Source: Armatimonadota bacterium | GTDB taxonomy: Bacteria > Cloacimonadota > Cloacimonadia > Cloacimonadales > TCS61 | Reading direction: 5' to 3' | Assembly: GCA_030612605.1 (NCBI GenBank) | Contig: JAUWNO010000001.1 | Coordinates: forward strand, 1 to 24,370 | DNA length: 24,370 bases | In this document: positions 1-9,475 of the stretch, one piece after another | Position numbering within the stretch: position 1 is the first letter of the stretch | How the letters are laid out: the number at the start of each line of letters is the position of its first letter | Made by a program: the position numbers and the translations under genes | Notes under the pieces: model-generated | Told to the model about the DNA's origin: nothing | The model's input: only the letters and a program-made list of their open reading frames with translations | Database searches by the model: none

Positions 1-19
1 CAAAAAAAGGAGTAATTTT

Positions 20-1273
20 ATGGATAATATTGCGGTTCTGGGTTGTATGTTCGGTGAAGAAGCAAAAGCAAAAATCGTCGATGATTAAGCAGCCAATGCA
101 GATATTGTTGTTAGATTTCAAGGTGGAAACAACGCAGGACATACAATTATCCTGAACTCAAAAAAATATATTTTCAAGCTCGTTCCATCAGGAATTTTGT
201 CCCCGGATAAAATGTGTGCTATTGGAAGCGGTTTAGTAGTTGATCCTTTTCGGCTTTTAGAAGAAATGCAGGTTTTAGAAACCAATGGCGTTTCATTTAA
301 AAACAGATTCTTCATTGATCCGCGCACTCAAATTGTTCTTCCTCTTCATAAAGAACTGGATGCGAAAAATGAATCCAATTCTCAGCAGACAAAAATCGGC
401 ACAACCAAAAGAGGAATCGGTCCCTGTTATACAGATATGATCGCTCGCTTCGGAATCAGATTCTCCGACCTCTTTGACAAAGAATACCTCCAAAAAAGAC
501 TGCAAAATCTTTATTCCTTTCATAATCTTAGTTTGGATAAAATCGAAGAAACTACAAATAGTTTGATTGCTGTTGGTGAAAAACTTAAACCATTTATGAA
601 GCAAATACCTTATGTACTGAATGAGCTTTCAAAACAGAAAAAAAGAATTCTATTCGAAGGTGCTCAAGGTTCACTTTTAGATATTGTTTTTGGAACGTAT
701 CCTTTTGTTACATCGTCTCATACGATATCCGGAAGTATCTCGATCGGATGCGGATTTTCGCCTAATAAAATAGACAAAATTGTGGGAGTGTATAAAAGTT
801 ATTTCACCAGAGTTGGAGAGGGACCTTTTCCTACAGAATTGAATAATGAGATTGGAGACCAAATCCGAAAACAGGGAAATGAATATGGCTCGGTAACTGG
901 AAGACCGCGTCGCTGCGGCTGGTTTGATGCAGTTGCCGCAAAATTTACTGCTATGATAAATGGAGTCGATGAAATCGCTTTTACGCTGCTGGATGTACTT
1001 TCCGGTTTAAAAACAATAAAAATTTGCACCAAGTATAAATATAATGACGAATTCTTGGAAGAATTTCCATACAGCACAAATGTTTTAAAGAGCATTATGC
1101 CGGAATATATCGAACTTCCCGGATGGAACGAAGATATTTCCAATATAAAAGATTTTGAACAATTACCAGAAAATGCTCAGAAATATGTTATAAAAATCGA
1201 AGAACTTCTGGACACAAAAATTTCAATTCTTTCTGTCGGTCCGGAAAGGAGCCAGACAATTTTTAGAAAATAG
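20..1273 (+). CDS. purA: Adenylosuccinate synthetase, interrupted by an in-frame TAA at 86-88 (sequence error or pseudogene)
   Basis: ATG at 20 after AAGGAG. Reading in frame gives [41 protein letters not shown], continuous with the 197..1273 ORF, which carries the PurA motifs GTTKRGIGP, FEGAQG, YPFVTSS, TRVGEGPFPTE and GSVTGRPRRCGWFD. Confidence 0.93.
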
Positions 1274-1276
1274 AAA

Positions 1277-2431
1277 ATGGAAATCATAATAAAAGAAGTC
1301 TCAAATAACCGAGAACTGAAAAAGTTCATCTCATTTCCATATAAACTTTATGCAGGAAACAAATATTGGATCCCGCCCTTAATATCTGAGGAGATGAGCA
1401 TACTTCGCAAAGATAAAAATCCGGCTTTTGATTTCTGCGAAGCCAAATACTGGCTTGCCATCAAAGATGGAAAAGTGGTGGGAAGAATTGCCTGTATTAT
1501 AAATTCACGGTACATTGAAAAATGGAAAAATAAATACGCTCGTTTTGGCTGGGTCGATTTTATCGATGATGAAAATGTCTCAAAAGCTCTATTCGATAAA
1601 ATGGAAACGTGGGCAAGAGAGATGGGAATGACTGCAGTTCACGGTCCTCTCGGTTTTACCGACCTTGATCCTGAAGGAATGCTGATCGAGGGTTTCGATG
1701 AACTTGGCACTATTGCCACAATTTACAATTATCCTTATTATCCTGAGCATCTTAAAAAGCACGGATATAAAAAGGACATCGATTGGGTAGAATTTGAAGT
1801 TGACGTTCCGGAAAAATTTCCGGAAAAAATCAAGCGAATTGCAGCAATTGTGAAGAGGAAAAACAAATTACATATTTTAGATGCAAAAAAGAAAAAGGAT
1901 CTCATTCCTTATACAAAAGAAATATTTTGTGTGATTAATGAAGCTTATGAACCACTTTACGGTGTGGTTCCTCTAACAGAAAAGCAAATTGAAAAATATA
2001 TTAAACAGTATTTTGGAATGATCAGTCCTGAATTTGTTTCAATAATTCTGGATGAACAAGATAAGATCGCAGGTTTTGGAATTACCATGCCATCTATGTC
2101 CAAAGCTTTCCAAAAGGCAAAGGGAAAACTTTTCCCATTCGGTTTTTTCCATATCCTGAAAGCTATGAAAAACAACGACCGAGCAGATATGTATCTTGTG
2201 GCAGTTAGACCGGATTTACAAGGAAAAGGAGTGAACTCTCTTTTATTCAATGAATTCTTTAAGGTTTTTGTTAACAAAAAAATAATGAAAACTGAAACAA
2301 ATCCGGAATTGGAAAGCAATACCAGGGTTCAAGCTCAATGGAAATTTTTTGAGCGTAGACAGCATAAAAGAAGACGATGTTATATTAAAAAATTGAAAAA
2401 ACTGAAAGTTGGAAAAAAAATAAGCCACTAA
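1277..2431 (+). CDS. GNAT-fold N-acetyltransferase-like protein (YghO-like family)
   Basis: 384-aa ORF with VVGRIA, GPLGFTDLDPEGML, TIYNYPYY and a C-terminal acetyl-CoA-binding-like DLQGKG; 3 nt downstream of purA. Confidence 0.75.
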   Translation: MEIIIKEVSNNRELKKFISFPYKLYAGNKYWIPPLISEEMSILRKDKNPAFDFCEAKYWLAIKDGKVVGRIACIINSRYIEKWKNKYARFGWVDFIDDENVSKALFDKMETWAREMGMTAVHGPLGFTDLDPEGMLIEGFDELGTIATIYNYPYYPEHLKKHGYKKDIDWVEFEVDVPEKFPEKIKRIAAIVKRKNKLHILDAKKKKDLIPYTKEIFCVINEAYEPLYGVVPLTEKQIEKYIKQYFGMISPEFVSIILDEQDKIAGFGITMPSMSKAFQKAKGKLFPFGFFHILKAMKNNDRADMYLVAVRPDLQGKGVNSLLFNEFFKVFVNKKIMKTETNPELESNTRVQAQWKFFERRQHKRRRCYIKKLKKLKVGKKISH

Positions 2432-2451
2432 GTGCACCCCGATACAGTTTA

Positions 2452-2480
2452 CCCCGTCCCGAATGCTTTCGGGACTGGGG
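2452..2480. repeat. GC-rich REP-like hairpin (CCCC-GTCCCGAA-tgct-TTCGGGAC-t-GGGG); possible terminator
   Basis: 8-bp perfect inner stem 2456-2463/2468-2475 plus outer CCCC/GGGG, 20 nt after the GNAT stop. Confidence 0.65.
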
Positions 2481-2671
2481 TCGTCCCGCCTTACGGGGCA
2501 GGCGAAGTAACACTAAGAAAATGATAAATTACAAATTTTTATTTAAACTACTCGTTCCCACAGTGCCATGCGGCATCGTATGGAAGCCTTTATGGTAATG
2601 CAATATATTTTTTGTGTATTTCGTGGGTTATTGAATTGGTTGGAAAAAAATAATAAAAAAGGAAAGATGAC

Positions 2672-3259
2672 ATGGAAATTGTTAAGACCGTTATCCTGGC
2701 AATTGCTGCATATTTTATTGGTTCAATTTCATTTAGTTACATCATAACCAAAAAAACAACAGGTAAAGACATTAGAGATGTGAAAGTAAAAAATGCAGGA
2801 GCTCTTAACGTTTTTGTAAGTGTAGGTTCTTTAATGGGAATAATTGTTTGCCTGCTGGATATAATAAAAACATTAATTATTGTTCTGGTTGCTCAACTTT
2901 GGGGTTTAAATCTTGTTCATTCAATCGTTGCCGCTTCTTTTGGAATAATCGGTCATTGTTTTCCCATTTATTACAATTTTTATGGAGGGAAAGGAGCAAG
3001 TACGGTTGTAGGAATATTGATTTATTACATTCCTTTAGAGCTGTTGATTTGTATCATTCCAGCAGCGATAATTGCTTTTCTGATACACAGACCAGGATTT
3101 GCACCAGTATTTTTTATACCTTTCTCACCTCTTGCTGCTTATATTTCACACAAATCTTTAACACTGGTAAATGCTTTAATCTACATTGTATTTCTTACCA
3201 GCGTGCTCAATGCTATCATTTACTTCACTAAAAGAGATCGGCGAATATTTGCAGAATAA
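2672..3259 (+). CDS. plsY: Glycerol-3-phosphate acyltransferase PlsY-like membrane protein (divergent motif 1)
   Basis: 195-aa hydrophobic ORF with YFIGSISF, GKDIR, NAGALN, LLDIIK and GHCFPIYYNFYGGKG. Confidence 0.75.
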   Translation: MEIVKTVILAIAAYFIGSISFSYIITKKTTGKDIRDVKVKNAGALNVFVSVGSLMGIIVCLLDIIKTLIIVLVAQLWGLNLVHSIVAASFGIIGHCFPIYYNFYGGKGASTVVGILIYYIPLELLICIIPAAIIAFLIHRPGFAPVFFIPFSPLAAYISHKSLTLVNALIYIVFLTSVLNAIIYFTKRDRRIFAE

Positions 3260-3428
3260 TAGATTCTATTTAAGAAGAAAAAGCTAATAAAAACTTTATG
3301 CCATTAAATTTACAGCAAATAGTTCTTGACATTAGAAATGGAAATTTCAACTTGTTTCAGCCATGTAACATGGTTTAATATAAAGAGTTATGAAATAGAT
3401 AGATGGTTTTGTATAGAAGGAGAATTTG

Positions 3429-3566
3429 ATGAAAAGAACGTATCAACCTCATAATAGAAAAAGACGGAATAAGCACGGGTTCCGCCTTAGAATGCTTACT
3501 AAATCCGGCAGGAAAGTCTTAGCTAGAAGAAGAGCTAAGGGGAGAACACGTCTTACTGTTAGCTAA
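3429..3566 (+). CDS. rpmH: 50S ribosomal protein L34 (not in the ORF track)
   Basis: Manual translation [45 protein letters not shown] (45 aa), preceded by AAGGAG; its TAA abuts the rnpA ATG. Confidence 0.98.
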   Translation: MKRTYQPHNRKRRNKHGFRLRMLTKSGRKVLARRRAKGRTRLTVS

Positions 3567-3890
3567 ATGAAATTTATTACTTCCAATAAAGATTATCAAA
3601 GCATTTTCATAGATAACAAAAAAAATGAATGTAACCTTTTTATTTTCTTATATCAGGAAAATTCAGCGAATAATGTGCTCGAAGTGGGAATCATTGCCGG
3701 CAAAAAAATCGGAAATGCAGTTATCCGCAATAAAGTTAAAAGACGTATAAAATCTTTTGTGCGAGAGAATAAAGATTCATTGCCTTCAAACCTGAAAGTG
3801 GTAATAATCGCAAAAGAGAAAGCTGGAAATGCTACCTGGTTGGAATTTAAGGAAGAATTAACAAGATTGTTTAGTCTGATAAATCATTGA
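3567..3890 (+). CDS. rnpA: Ribonuclease P protein component
   Basis: [22 protein letters not shown] (RNR-type motif) and canonical position after rpmH. Confidence 0.95.
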   Translation: MKFITSNKDYQSIFIDNKKNECNLFIFLYQENSANNVLEVGIIAGKKIGNAVIRNKVKRRIKSFVRENKDSLPSNLKVVIIAKEKAGNATWLEFKEELTRLFSLINH

Positions 3891-4108
3891 TGAAAATATT
3901 TAATACTATTTTTTTAGGGATAATTTGGCTCTATCGGAAATTAATATCTCCTATCTTGCCGGAAACTTGTCGTTTCACACCCAGTTGCAGCCAATATTCA
4001 TTTCAGGCATTTAAAAAATATTCGTTTTTTAAAGCCCTGAAATTATCAATCTTCAGAATTTTAAAATGTCATCCTTTTCATGCTGGTGGACACGATCCGC
4101 TTCCTTAA
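3890..4108 (+). CDS. yidD: Membrane protein insertion efficiency factor YidD
   Basis: [34 protein letters not shown]; the ATG at 3890 overlaps the rnpA TGA. Confidence 0.95.
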   Translation: MKIFNTIFLGIIWLYRKLISPILPETCRFTPSCSQYSFQAFKKYSFFKALKLSIFRILKCHPFHAGGHDPLP

Positions 4109-4316
4109 GAAATAGTTAGACGCAAATGAAAAATATTAGACAGGATTAACAGGAAAAAACAAGGAAAAATGAATATCCAATATCCAACAAGGAATGATAA
4201 AGGATGAAGGAAAAAGTCAGTGAAAGTCTGTGGCAAAAAAATAAAGACTAAAAAAATAATTTGTGTAATTCGTGGATAAAAAACTCAGCGTCAAAATAAA
4301 TTTGGAGAAATAATTA

Positions 4317-5924
4317 ATGGAAAAAAAGACCATTTTAGCCTTATTATTAATCCTGGCTGTTTTCTGGATCAGTAGCGAACTATTCTGGAAAAACAAGCAG
4401 CAAATACCGGTTCAGCCTCCATCTGTTACAAAACCTGCGGAACAAACCACAGAAACAATTCCTGAAAAAAGTACGGAACCAATTCAAACAAAGCCGGAAT
4501 TTTCGGATGTGCCGGCAACTGAAATTATTTCTGATATTGAGATCAATAATGAAATAATTTTGGAAGACGAGTTGATGAAAATCGTTTTCAGTAACAGGGG
4601 TGGAGTAATCTTAAAAATTGAATTGAAAGATTATTTTCTTTCCGATAAAACAACTCTTGTTAACCTGATTCCTGAAGATCAAACTGCCCTGAATATTTCT
4701 CTTCAATCTAAAAGTGGAATTTCTCAAAATCTTGCAAATACTGTTTTTCAATATGAAAAATTCGAAAATTCAGTCAGCTTTTCCATCCAAACAGAAAAAG
4801 GAAAAATTGATAAAAAATATACTCTCTTAGAAAATTACCAGCTTGATTTTGAAATTAATGTGGAAAGTACGGAAGAACTTGCAAACTATACAGTTTCATT
4901 GGATAGCGGAATTGCAGATACTGAAGAATATCTGAAAATGAAAAAGCGTGATTATAAAGTCGTAAGCCAGATGGATAACTCTATTGTGAAATACACTTTA
5001 TCCAAACTCAAAGAGAAAAAAGAGATTTCAGGGAAAATCGATTGGGCAGCAATCCGCTCCAAATATTTTGTGATGGGAATCATTCCCAATGAGTTGATCG
5101 ATTTGAATAAGTTGCTTGCATTTCAGAACAATGAAAGTCCTGCCATAAAGCTGTCTGTAGATGTAAACCGTTTTAATTTCTCACATCAATACAAGCTCTA
5201 TCTGGGACCTTTGATAAATAAATATTTAACTGTTTGGAAAAATGGTTTCACCAAAGTTCAGGAAGGACAGGGATTGCTAAAGCCAATTAGTGATATTTTC
5301 GTCTGGTTCTTGCAAATATTAGATAAAATCATTCCAAATTATGGAATCAATATTATCCTTTTTTCCTTAGTTTTAAAAATCATTCTTTACCCATTAACTC
5401 ACAAAAGTTTTGAATCCAGCACTAAGATGCAGAAAATCCAACCTTTGATGAGAGAAGTCCAAACAAAATACAAATCAGATCCAAAAACGATGCAAGCTGA
5501 ATTGAAAAAACTTTATAAGGAACACGGTGCAAGCCCTTTGGGTGGATGTTTGCCAATGCTGTTGCAGATGCCTGTTTTCTTTGCTCTTTATCCCATTCTG
5601 CGATATTCCATCGAACTCAGACAAACCCCTTTCCTCTGGCTTCCAGACCTTTCTGAACCTGATCCGTACATTATTCTGCCAATTGTTATGGCTGTTTTCA
5701 TGTTCATCCAACAAAAACTGATGACTCCTTCCAGACAAGCTCTGGATGAAATGGATGATAAACAGAAAGCTCAAATGCAAAGCCAGAAAATGATGATGTA
5801 TTTCATGCCCATAATGATGTTCTTCCTCTTTAAATCTTTCCCCTCAGGATTGGTTCTCTACTGGACTGTTTTCAATATTATGTCCATTTTCCAACAACGA
5901 ATTATTAAGAAAAAATTCAAATAA
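4317..5924 (+). CDS. yidC: Membrane protein insertase YidC
   Basis: N-terminal TM, periplasmic domain with FSNRGG, then NYGINIILFS..KIILYPLT, KMQKIQP, GGCLPMLLQMPVFFALY, FLWLPDLSEPDPY and GLVLYW. Confidence 0.97.
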   Translation: MEKKTILALLLILAVFWISSELFWKNKQQIPVQPPSVTKPAEQTTETIPEKSTEPIQTKPEFSDVPATEIISDIEINNEIILEDELMKIVFSNRGGVILKIELKDYFLSDKTTLVNLIPEDQTALNISLQSKSGISQNLANTVFQYEKFENSVSFSIQTEKGKIDKKYTLLENYQLDFEINVESTEELANYTVSLDSGIADTEEYLKMKKRDYKVVSQMDNSIVKYTLSKLKEKKEISGKIDWAAIRSKYFVMGIIPNELIDLNKLLAFQNNESPAIKLSVDVNRFNFSHQYKLYLGPLINKYLTVWKNGFTKVQEGQGLLKPISDIFVWFLQILDKIIPNYGINIILFSLVLKIILYPLTHKSFESSTKMQKIQPLMREVQTKYKSDPKTMQAELKKLYKEHGASPLGGCLPMLLQMPVFFALYPILRYSIELRQTPFLWLPDLSEPDPYIILPIVMAVFMFIQQKLMTPSRQALDEMDDKQKAQMQSQKMMMYFMPIMMFFLFKSFPSGLVLYWTVFNIMSIFQQRIIKKKFK

Positions 5925-5933
5925 GGTACTCTA

Positions 5934-6662
5934 ATGAAAATTATAGAAAAAGAAGGTAAATCTACTTCGGAGATAATTGCCAACTTTATGCAGGAATATA
6001 AAATGGACCTGGATAATTTCAAATTTGAAGTTATTAAAAAAGGCTCTCCGGGATTTCTGCATTTGTTTGGCTCCACTCCAACAAAAATACGCTTTCTCGT
6101 TCCTGATGTGCAGGAACAATTAAGGAATTATACTGAAACACTTTTGAGCATGATGAATGTTTCTTCTTCCAATATTGATATAACCTATAAAGATAAAGCA
6201 TATTTCGTTGATATAACCGGAGTAGATAATGCCGGTTTTATTATTGGAAAGGAAGCAAAACTTCTTGATAGCATTCAGCATCTTTTGAACCAGATGATAA
6301 GTAAACAGGAGAAGAAACAACTTCGTGTGAAAGTGGATGTAGATAAATACCGGGAAAGGCGAAAAATCGCTCTTCTGGGAAAAGTGAAAAACGCAGCAGA
6401 AAAGGTGAAAAAAAGAGGGAAAAGCATTACCCTGGAACCACTTCATGCTGCTAATAGAAGGATTGTTCATCAGTTTATAGAACGTGATAAAAAAGTGCGC
6501 ACCATGACAATTGGTGAAGGCGAATTCAAGCGAGTTGTAATCTTTCCTGCTTCCGAAAATAAACCTAACCTGGATAAACCGGAACAAAAAAATCAGCAAC
6601 GAACCAGTCTTCGTTACTCTACGCCACGGCAGGCAAAACAAACAAAATCCAACAAAAAATAA
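5934..6662 (+). CDS. jag: Jag/EloR (KhpB) RNA-binding protein with Jag_N, KH and R3H domains
   Basis: IIGKEAKLLDSIQHLL (KH), VDVDKYRERRK, LEPLHAANRRIVHQ (R3H), GEGEFKRVVI; follows yidC. Confidence 0.93.
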   Translation: MKIIEKEGKSTSEIIANFMQEYKMDLDNFKFEVIKKGSPGFLHLFGSTPTKIRFLVPDVQEQLRNYTETLLSMMNVSSSNIDITYKDKAYFVDITGVDNAGFIIGKEAKLLDSIQHLLNQMISKQEKKQLRVKVDVDKYRERRKIALLGKVKNAAEKVKKRGKSITLEPLHAANRRIVHQFIERDKKVRTMTIGEGEFKRVVIFPASENKPNLDKPEQKNQQRTSLRYSTPRQAKQTKSNKK

Positions 6663-6758
6663 AAAGTTCGTTGTTGTTAGTGTTTGTTAGTTGCTAAAAA
6701 ATCTTTTGCAGGTTGAAAGGTTCTGGGTTCTGGGTTAATGGATTAGGTGGCTAAATAG

Positions 6759-7562
6759 ATGCAGCAAATCCAAATCGGAAAAATTCTTTGTGCTGTCGTT
6801 TCTGCTGGAAATTATTGGGCAGATGCTGGTGCTGCTATGGGAGTTCTTCCCAGAACTTTGTGGAAGAAATTCTTAGATGTAGATGAAAAAAACCGAATTA
6901 AATTAGAATTAAACTCTCTTTTGCTCCAATTTGATGGGAAGAATATTCTCATTGATACAGGCATTGGAAATAAACTCACAAATAAATTAAGAAAAATTTA
7001 TCATCCTTCTGATTTCAAACTGCTGGAAAATCTCTCTAAACTTGGAATCTCGCGGCAAAATATAAATTTCGTGATTCTCACACATCTCCATTTTGATCAT
7101 GCTGGTGGAGTAACCTCTATTTTTAATGAGAAAAAAGAACTGACCTTTCCCAATGCTGTTCATCTTATTCAGAGAAAAGATTGGGATATTGCCAAAGATC
7201 CTGATGAGCTTAACAAAGCTTCATACAATTTTTCTGCTGACCTCGAACTGCTTGAACAGACTGGAAATTATAAACTTCTGGATGGTGACTTTTTTTTAAC
7301 TCCGGAAATTGAATTGATTTTAGTTGGGGGTCATACTGAGGGAATGCAGATTGTGAAAATCGAAAGTGAAGATAACCTGGCATATTATGCGGGAGATATT
7401 ATTCCACTGGATGCGCATCAACACCTGATTGTAACCACATCTTATGATGTTTGCAGAAGAGAAACCGTTGCTATTAAAAAGAAAGTTTTGCAGGAACTCA
7501 AAGACAAAAAAGGTGTTTTATTTTTACCTCACGATGCAAAGAAGAAGATTATTAAATTTTGA
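6759..7562 (+). CDS. Metallo-beta-lactamase-fold hydrolase (YtnP/AHL-lactonase-like)
   Basis: ILIDTGIG, THLHFDHAGG, GGHTEGMQ, GDIIP and PHD motifs. Confidence 0.88.
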   Translation: MQQIQIGKILCAVVSAGNYWADAGAAMGVLPRTLWKKFLDVDEKNRIKLELNSLLLQFDGKNILIDTGIGNKLTNKLRKIYHPSDFKLLENLSKLGISRQNINFVILTHLHFDHAGGVTSIFNEKKELTFPNAVHLIQRKDWDIAKDPDELNKASYNFSADLELLEQTGNYKLLDGDFFLTPEIELILVGGHTEGMQIVKIESEDNLAYYAGDIIPLDAHQHLIVTTSYDVCRRETVAIKKKVLQELKDKKGVLFLPHDAKKKIIKF

Positions 7563-7593
7563 AAACCTCATCTATAAATAATCCACCTTTTTC

Positions 7594-7763
7594 AGACTTG
7601 ACTTAATAACTCAGCTTGCTGAGGAATTGAGTTAAGAATGAAAAAGTAATCAGCAATTCTTATTCTCAGACATGACTTATTCCGTTAGTAATTGAGTTAA
7701 GAATGAAAACGTAATCCGCAATTCTTAAGTCAATTCCACCTGCGGCGTTTTTAACTCAAGTCT
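7594..7763. repeat. MITE-like palindromic element with 13-bp terminal inverted repeats and an internal 38-bp direct repeat
   Basis: AGACTTGACTTAA (7594-7606) versus TTAACTCAAGTCT (7751-7763): inverted, 1 mismatch. Direct repeats 7625-7662 and 7690-7727 match at 36/38. Hairpin 7690-7735 has 15-bp arms with 1 mismatch. Confidence 0.6.
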
Positions 7764-7791
7764 TGCTTAGTGAGCACAAGCTTCTACTCTA

Positions 7792-7846
7792 TCATTCTCG
7801 TGAAAGCTTGTCCTCAACTTGATTGGGGACGGGAATCTACAAAAAA
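7792..7846 (+). repeat. Dispersed ~55-bp repeat (TCATTC..GGGAATC core with inserted hairpin); inverted copy at 11579-11634
   Basis: tcattctcgtgaaagcttgtcctcaacttgattggggacgggaatctacaaaaaa matches the reverse complement of 11579-11633 with about 4 differences. Confidence 0.85.
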
Positions 7847-7852
7847 TGGATT

Positions 7853-7924
7853 TTATAATGTTTGGCGTGTGCGGTGCTCTTCCTGCTTTTCTTCTTGCTT
7901 GGCTGCACGAGCTGTTTGTTAGGC
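7853..7924 (-). mobile_element. Putative attC site (downstream end of cassette), with R' degenerate
   Basis: Minus strand reads TGA-TTCTGT-GCCTAAC (R''-type RYYYAAC, 6 nt after the stop)-AAACA-GCTCGTGCAGCC...GCACACGC-CAAAC-ATTATAA (GTT core changed to ATT). Confidence 0.55.
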
Positions 7925-7930
7925 ACAGAA

Positions 7931-9475
7931 TCATTTCAATAATAACATTTTTTTCGATAGTAACACACCTTCATCAGTTTTTATTCGATACAAATAAATA
8001 CCTGATGATACCTGATTTTGAAAGTTATCGGTTCCGTCCCAAATAATGGGCATTTGATTTTGACAGTTAAAGGTTCTGATCTTTTCTCCCTTGATATTGA
8101 ATATCTCAATAACAGGATTTGCGATAGTAACAGATAAATCGTAACTGATTGTTGTTCCTGAACTGCGACCGGCTCCTGACGGTTTGAAAGGATTTGGGTG
8201 ATTTGTAAGAATGTATTTTACTAAACTAATTTCTTCATTTGTTGAACTACCTCCGGAAAGACCATAAAGAGTAGCAGAATTTACTATAGTTGGATGATCA
8301 CCATCGTTTAGCAAAATTTCGTCTTCACCATCATTATTGAAGTCACCAATATTGCAGAAGTATTTGTTTGCATTATGTATTATATCAGGATTTGTGTCAA
8401 AACTATCTGAACCATAAAGTATATTAATAATACCTGTTCCCGAATTATAATATAAAATGTCTTCATACTCATCATTATTAATATTTGTGTATTCTAAATA
8501 ACCTGATAATGTATAATCTAGATTTAAAATACAATTCTGATTTCCTAAAAAAATTCCTACAGGTGATATAATAACATCTTCAAAGCCATCATTATTAATA
8601 TCTCCTTTGGCATAACCAATTTTATGTGTTCCTCCTAAAATAAAAGTTTCATCTGAGACAAAATCCGGTATAGTATCAATCTCAATTCCTCCGAGATAAA
8701 CCTCTAAAAAGACAGGATCACTCATTGTTTCATCTCTACTTACAATTAAATCGTCAAATCCATCTCCGTTAATATCACCAACTGCTCTAAATCTACCAAA
8801 TTCATCCAAAACATTTCCTTGTATCTGGAAATCAGGAGTCGTGCTAAGTTCTTCACCACCCAGAAAAATCTGAACCAAACCATTCCAGTTGTAGGATGGT
8901 CCTTCTCCCCAAGTTAACAAATCATCAAATCCATCTCCGTTAAAATCATAGCCACCGTTAAAACCTTTATAGTTTAGACCTGTAGGATCTGGAATATAGT
9001 CTTCACCTTGCAGAATAATTTCAGGGTCAAGATCAATTTCTTCTCCTCCAAAGCATATATAGACATCACCAGGATCAAATGAATTTGTACATACAGAATA
9101 TACAATATCTTTATAACCATCATCATTTAGATCTCCACCCCAAGAAATCGCATCACTACCAAAAGGAACTTCTATTTCAAAATTATATGTAGTATCTGGA
9201 ATCTCATTTCCCATAAAAAATTGGAATCTATAAGGATCACCAGGATACCAATGAATAAAATCATCATAGCCATCATTATTCAGATCGCTACCATCGCTGT
9301 TTAAATTGACACACCTAAAGATTACTTCTCCAGGAATTTCCCAAGTAACAATTTCTTCTAATGTGTCTTGTGCATGCAGAAAGGAAAAAGGAAAAAGGTA
9401 AAAGGCAAAAGTAACAAAAATCAAAATAGATATTTTTTTTTTCGATAAATCGGAATTTAACAAAGTTTTTAACAT
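7931..9475 (-). CDS. Secreted FG-GAP (integrin-alpha-like beta-propeller) repeat protein with C-terminal FlgD-Ig/T9SS-type-A-like sorting domain
   Basis: Start placed at ATG 9475 (GGAGG RBS, signal peptide ending LHA-QD). Repeated DLNNDGYDD / GDLNDDGYKDI / DFNGDGFDDL / GDINGDGFDDL / GDINNDGFEDV / GDFNNDGEDEI motifs. C-terminus NHPNPF..TTISY..IFNIKGEKIR..WDG..SSGIYLYRI..KKMLLLK. Confidence 0.88.
   Translation of the reverse strand: MLKTLLNSDLSKKKISILIFVTFAFYLFPFSFLHAQDTLEEIVTWEIPGEVIFRCVNLNSDGSDLNNDGYDDFIHWYPGDPYRFQFFMGNEIPDTTYNFEIEVPFGSDAISWGGDLNDDGYKDIVYSVCTNSFDPGDVYICFGGEEIDLDPEIILQGEDYIPDPTGLNYKGFNGGYDFNGDGFDDLLTWGEGPSYNWNGLVQIFLGGEELSTTPDFQIQGNVLDEFGRFRAVGDINGDGFDDLIVSRDETMSDPVFLEVYLGGIEIDTIPDFVSDETFILGGTHKIGYAKGDINNDGFEDVIISPVGIFLGNQNCILNLDYTLSGYLEYTNINNDEYEDILYYNSGTGIINILYGSDSFDTNPDIIHNANKYFCNIGDFNNDGEDEILLNDGDHPTIVNSATLYGLSGGSSTNEEISLVKYILTNHPNPFKPSGAGRSSGTTISYDLSVTIANPVIEIFNIKGEKIRTFNCQNQMPIIWDGTDNFQNQVSSGIYLYRIKTDEGVLLSKKMLLLK

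Noticed and set aside
86-88. Alternative genetic code (TAA read-through)
   Set aside because: TAA terminates many genes here (rpmH, yidD, yidC, jag) and no other gene has an internal stop.
3326-3360. Sigma70 promoter for rpmH (TTGACA at 3326-3331)
   Set aside because: The -35 is perfect, but there is no recognisable -10 at 16-18 nt spacing.
4109-4316. Small gene or ncRNA between yidD and yidC
   Set aside because: A-rich, low-complexity sequence with no credible ORF, RBS or stable structure.
7625-7727. CRISPR mini-array (38-bp repeats, 27-bp spacer)
   Set aside because: Only two copies, the spacer itself repeats the sequence upstream of copy 1, the pair is enclosed by inverted repeats, and there are no cas genes. 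It fits a duplicated MITE-like unit better.
7819-8046. 75-aa + strand ORF
   Set aside because: Runs through a dispersed repeat and the attC-like site and overlaps the FG-GAP gene antisense; GTG/TTG-type start with no RBS.
7931-9475. DNA tandem repeats underlying the FG-GAP units
   Set aside because: The repeats are visible at protein-motif level only; the nucleotide copies are too diverged to indicate recent expansion.
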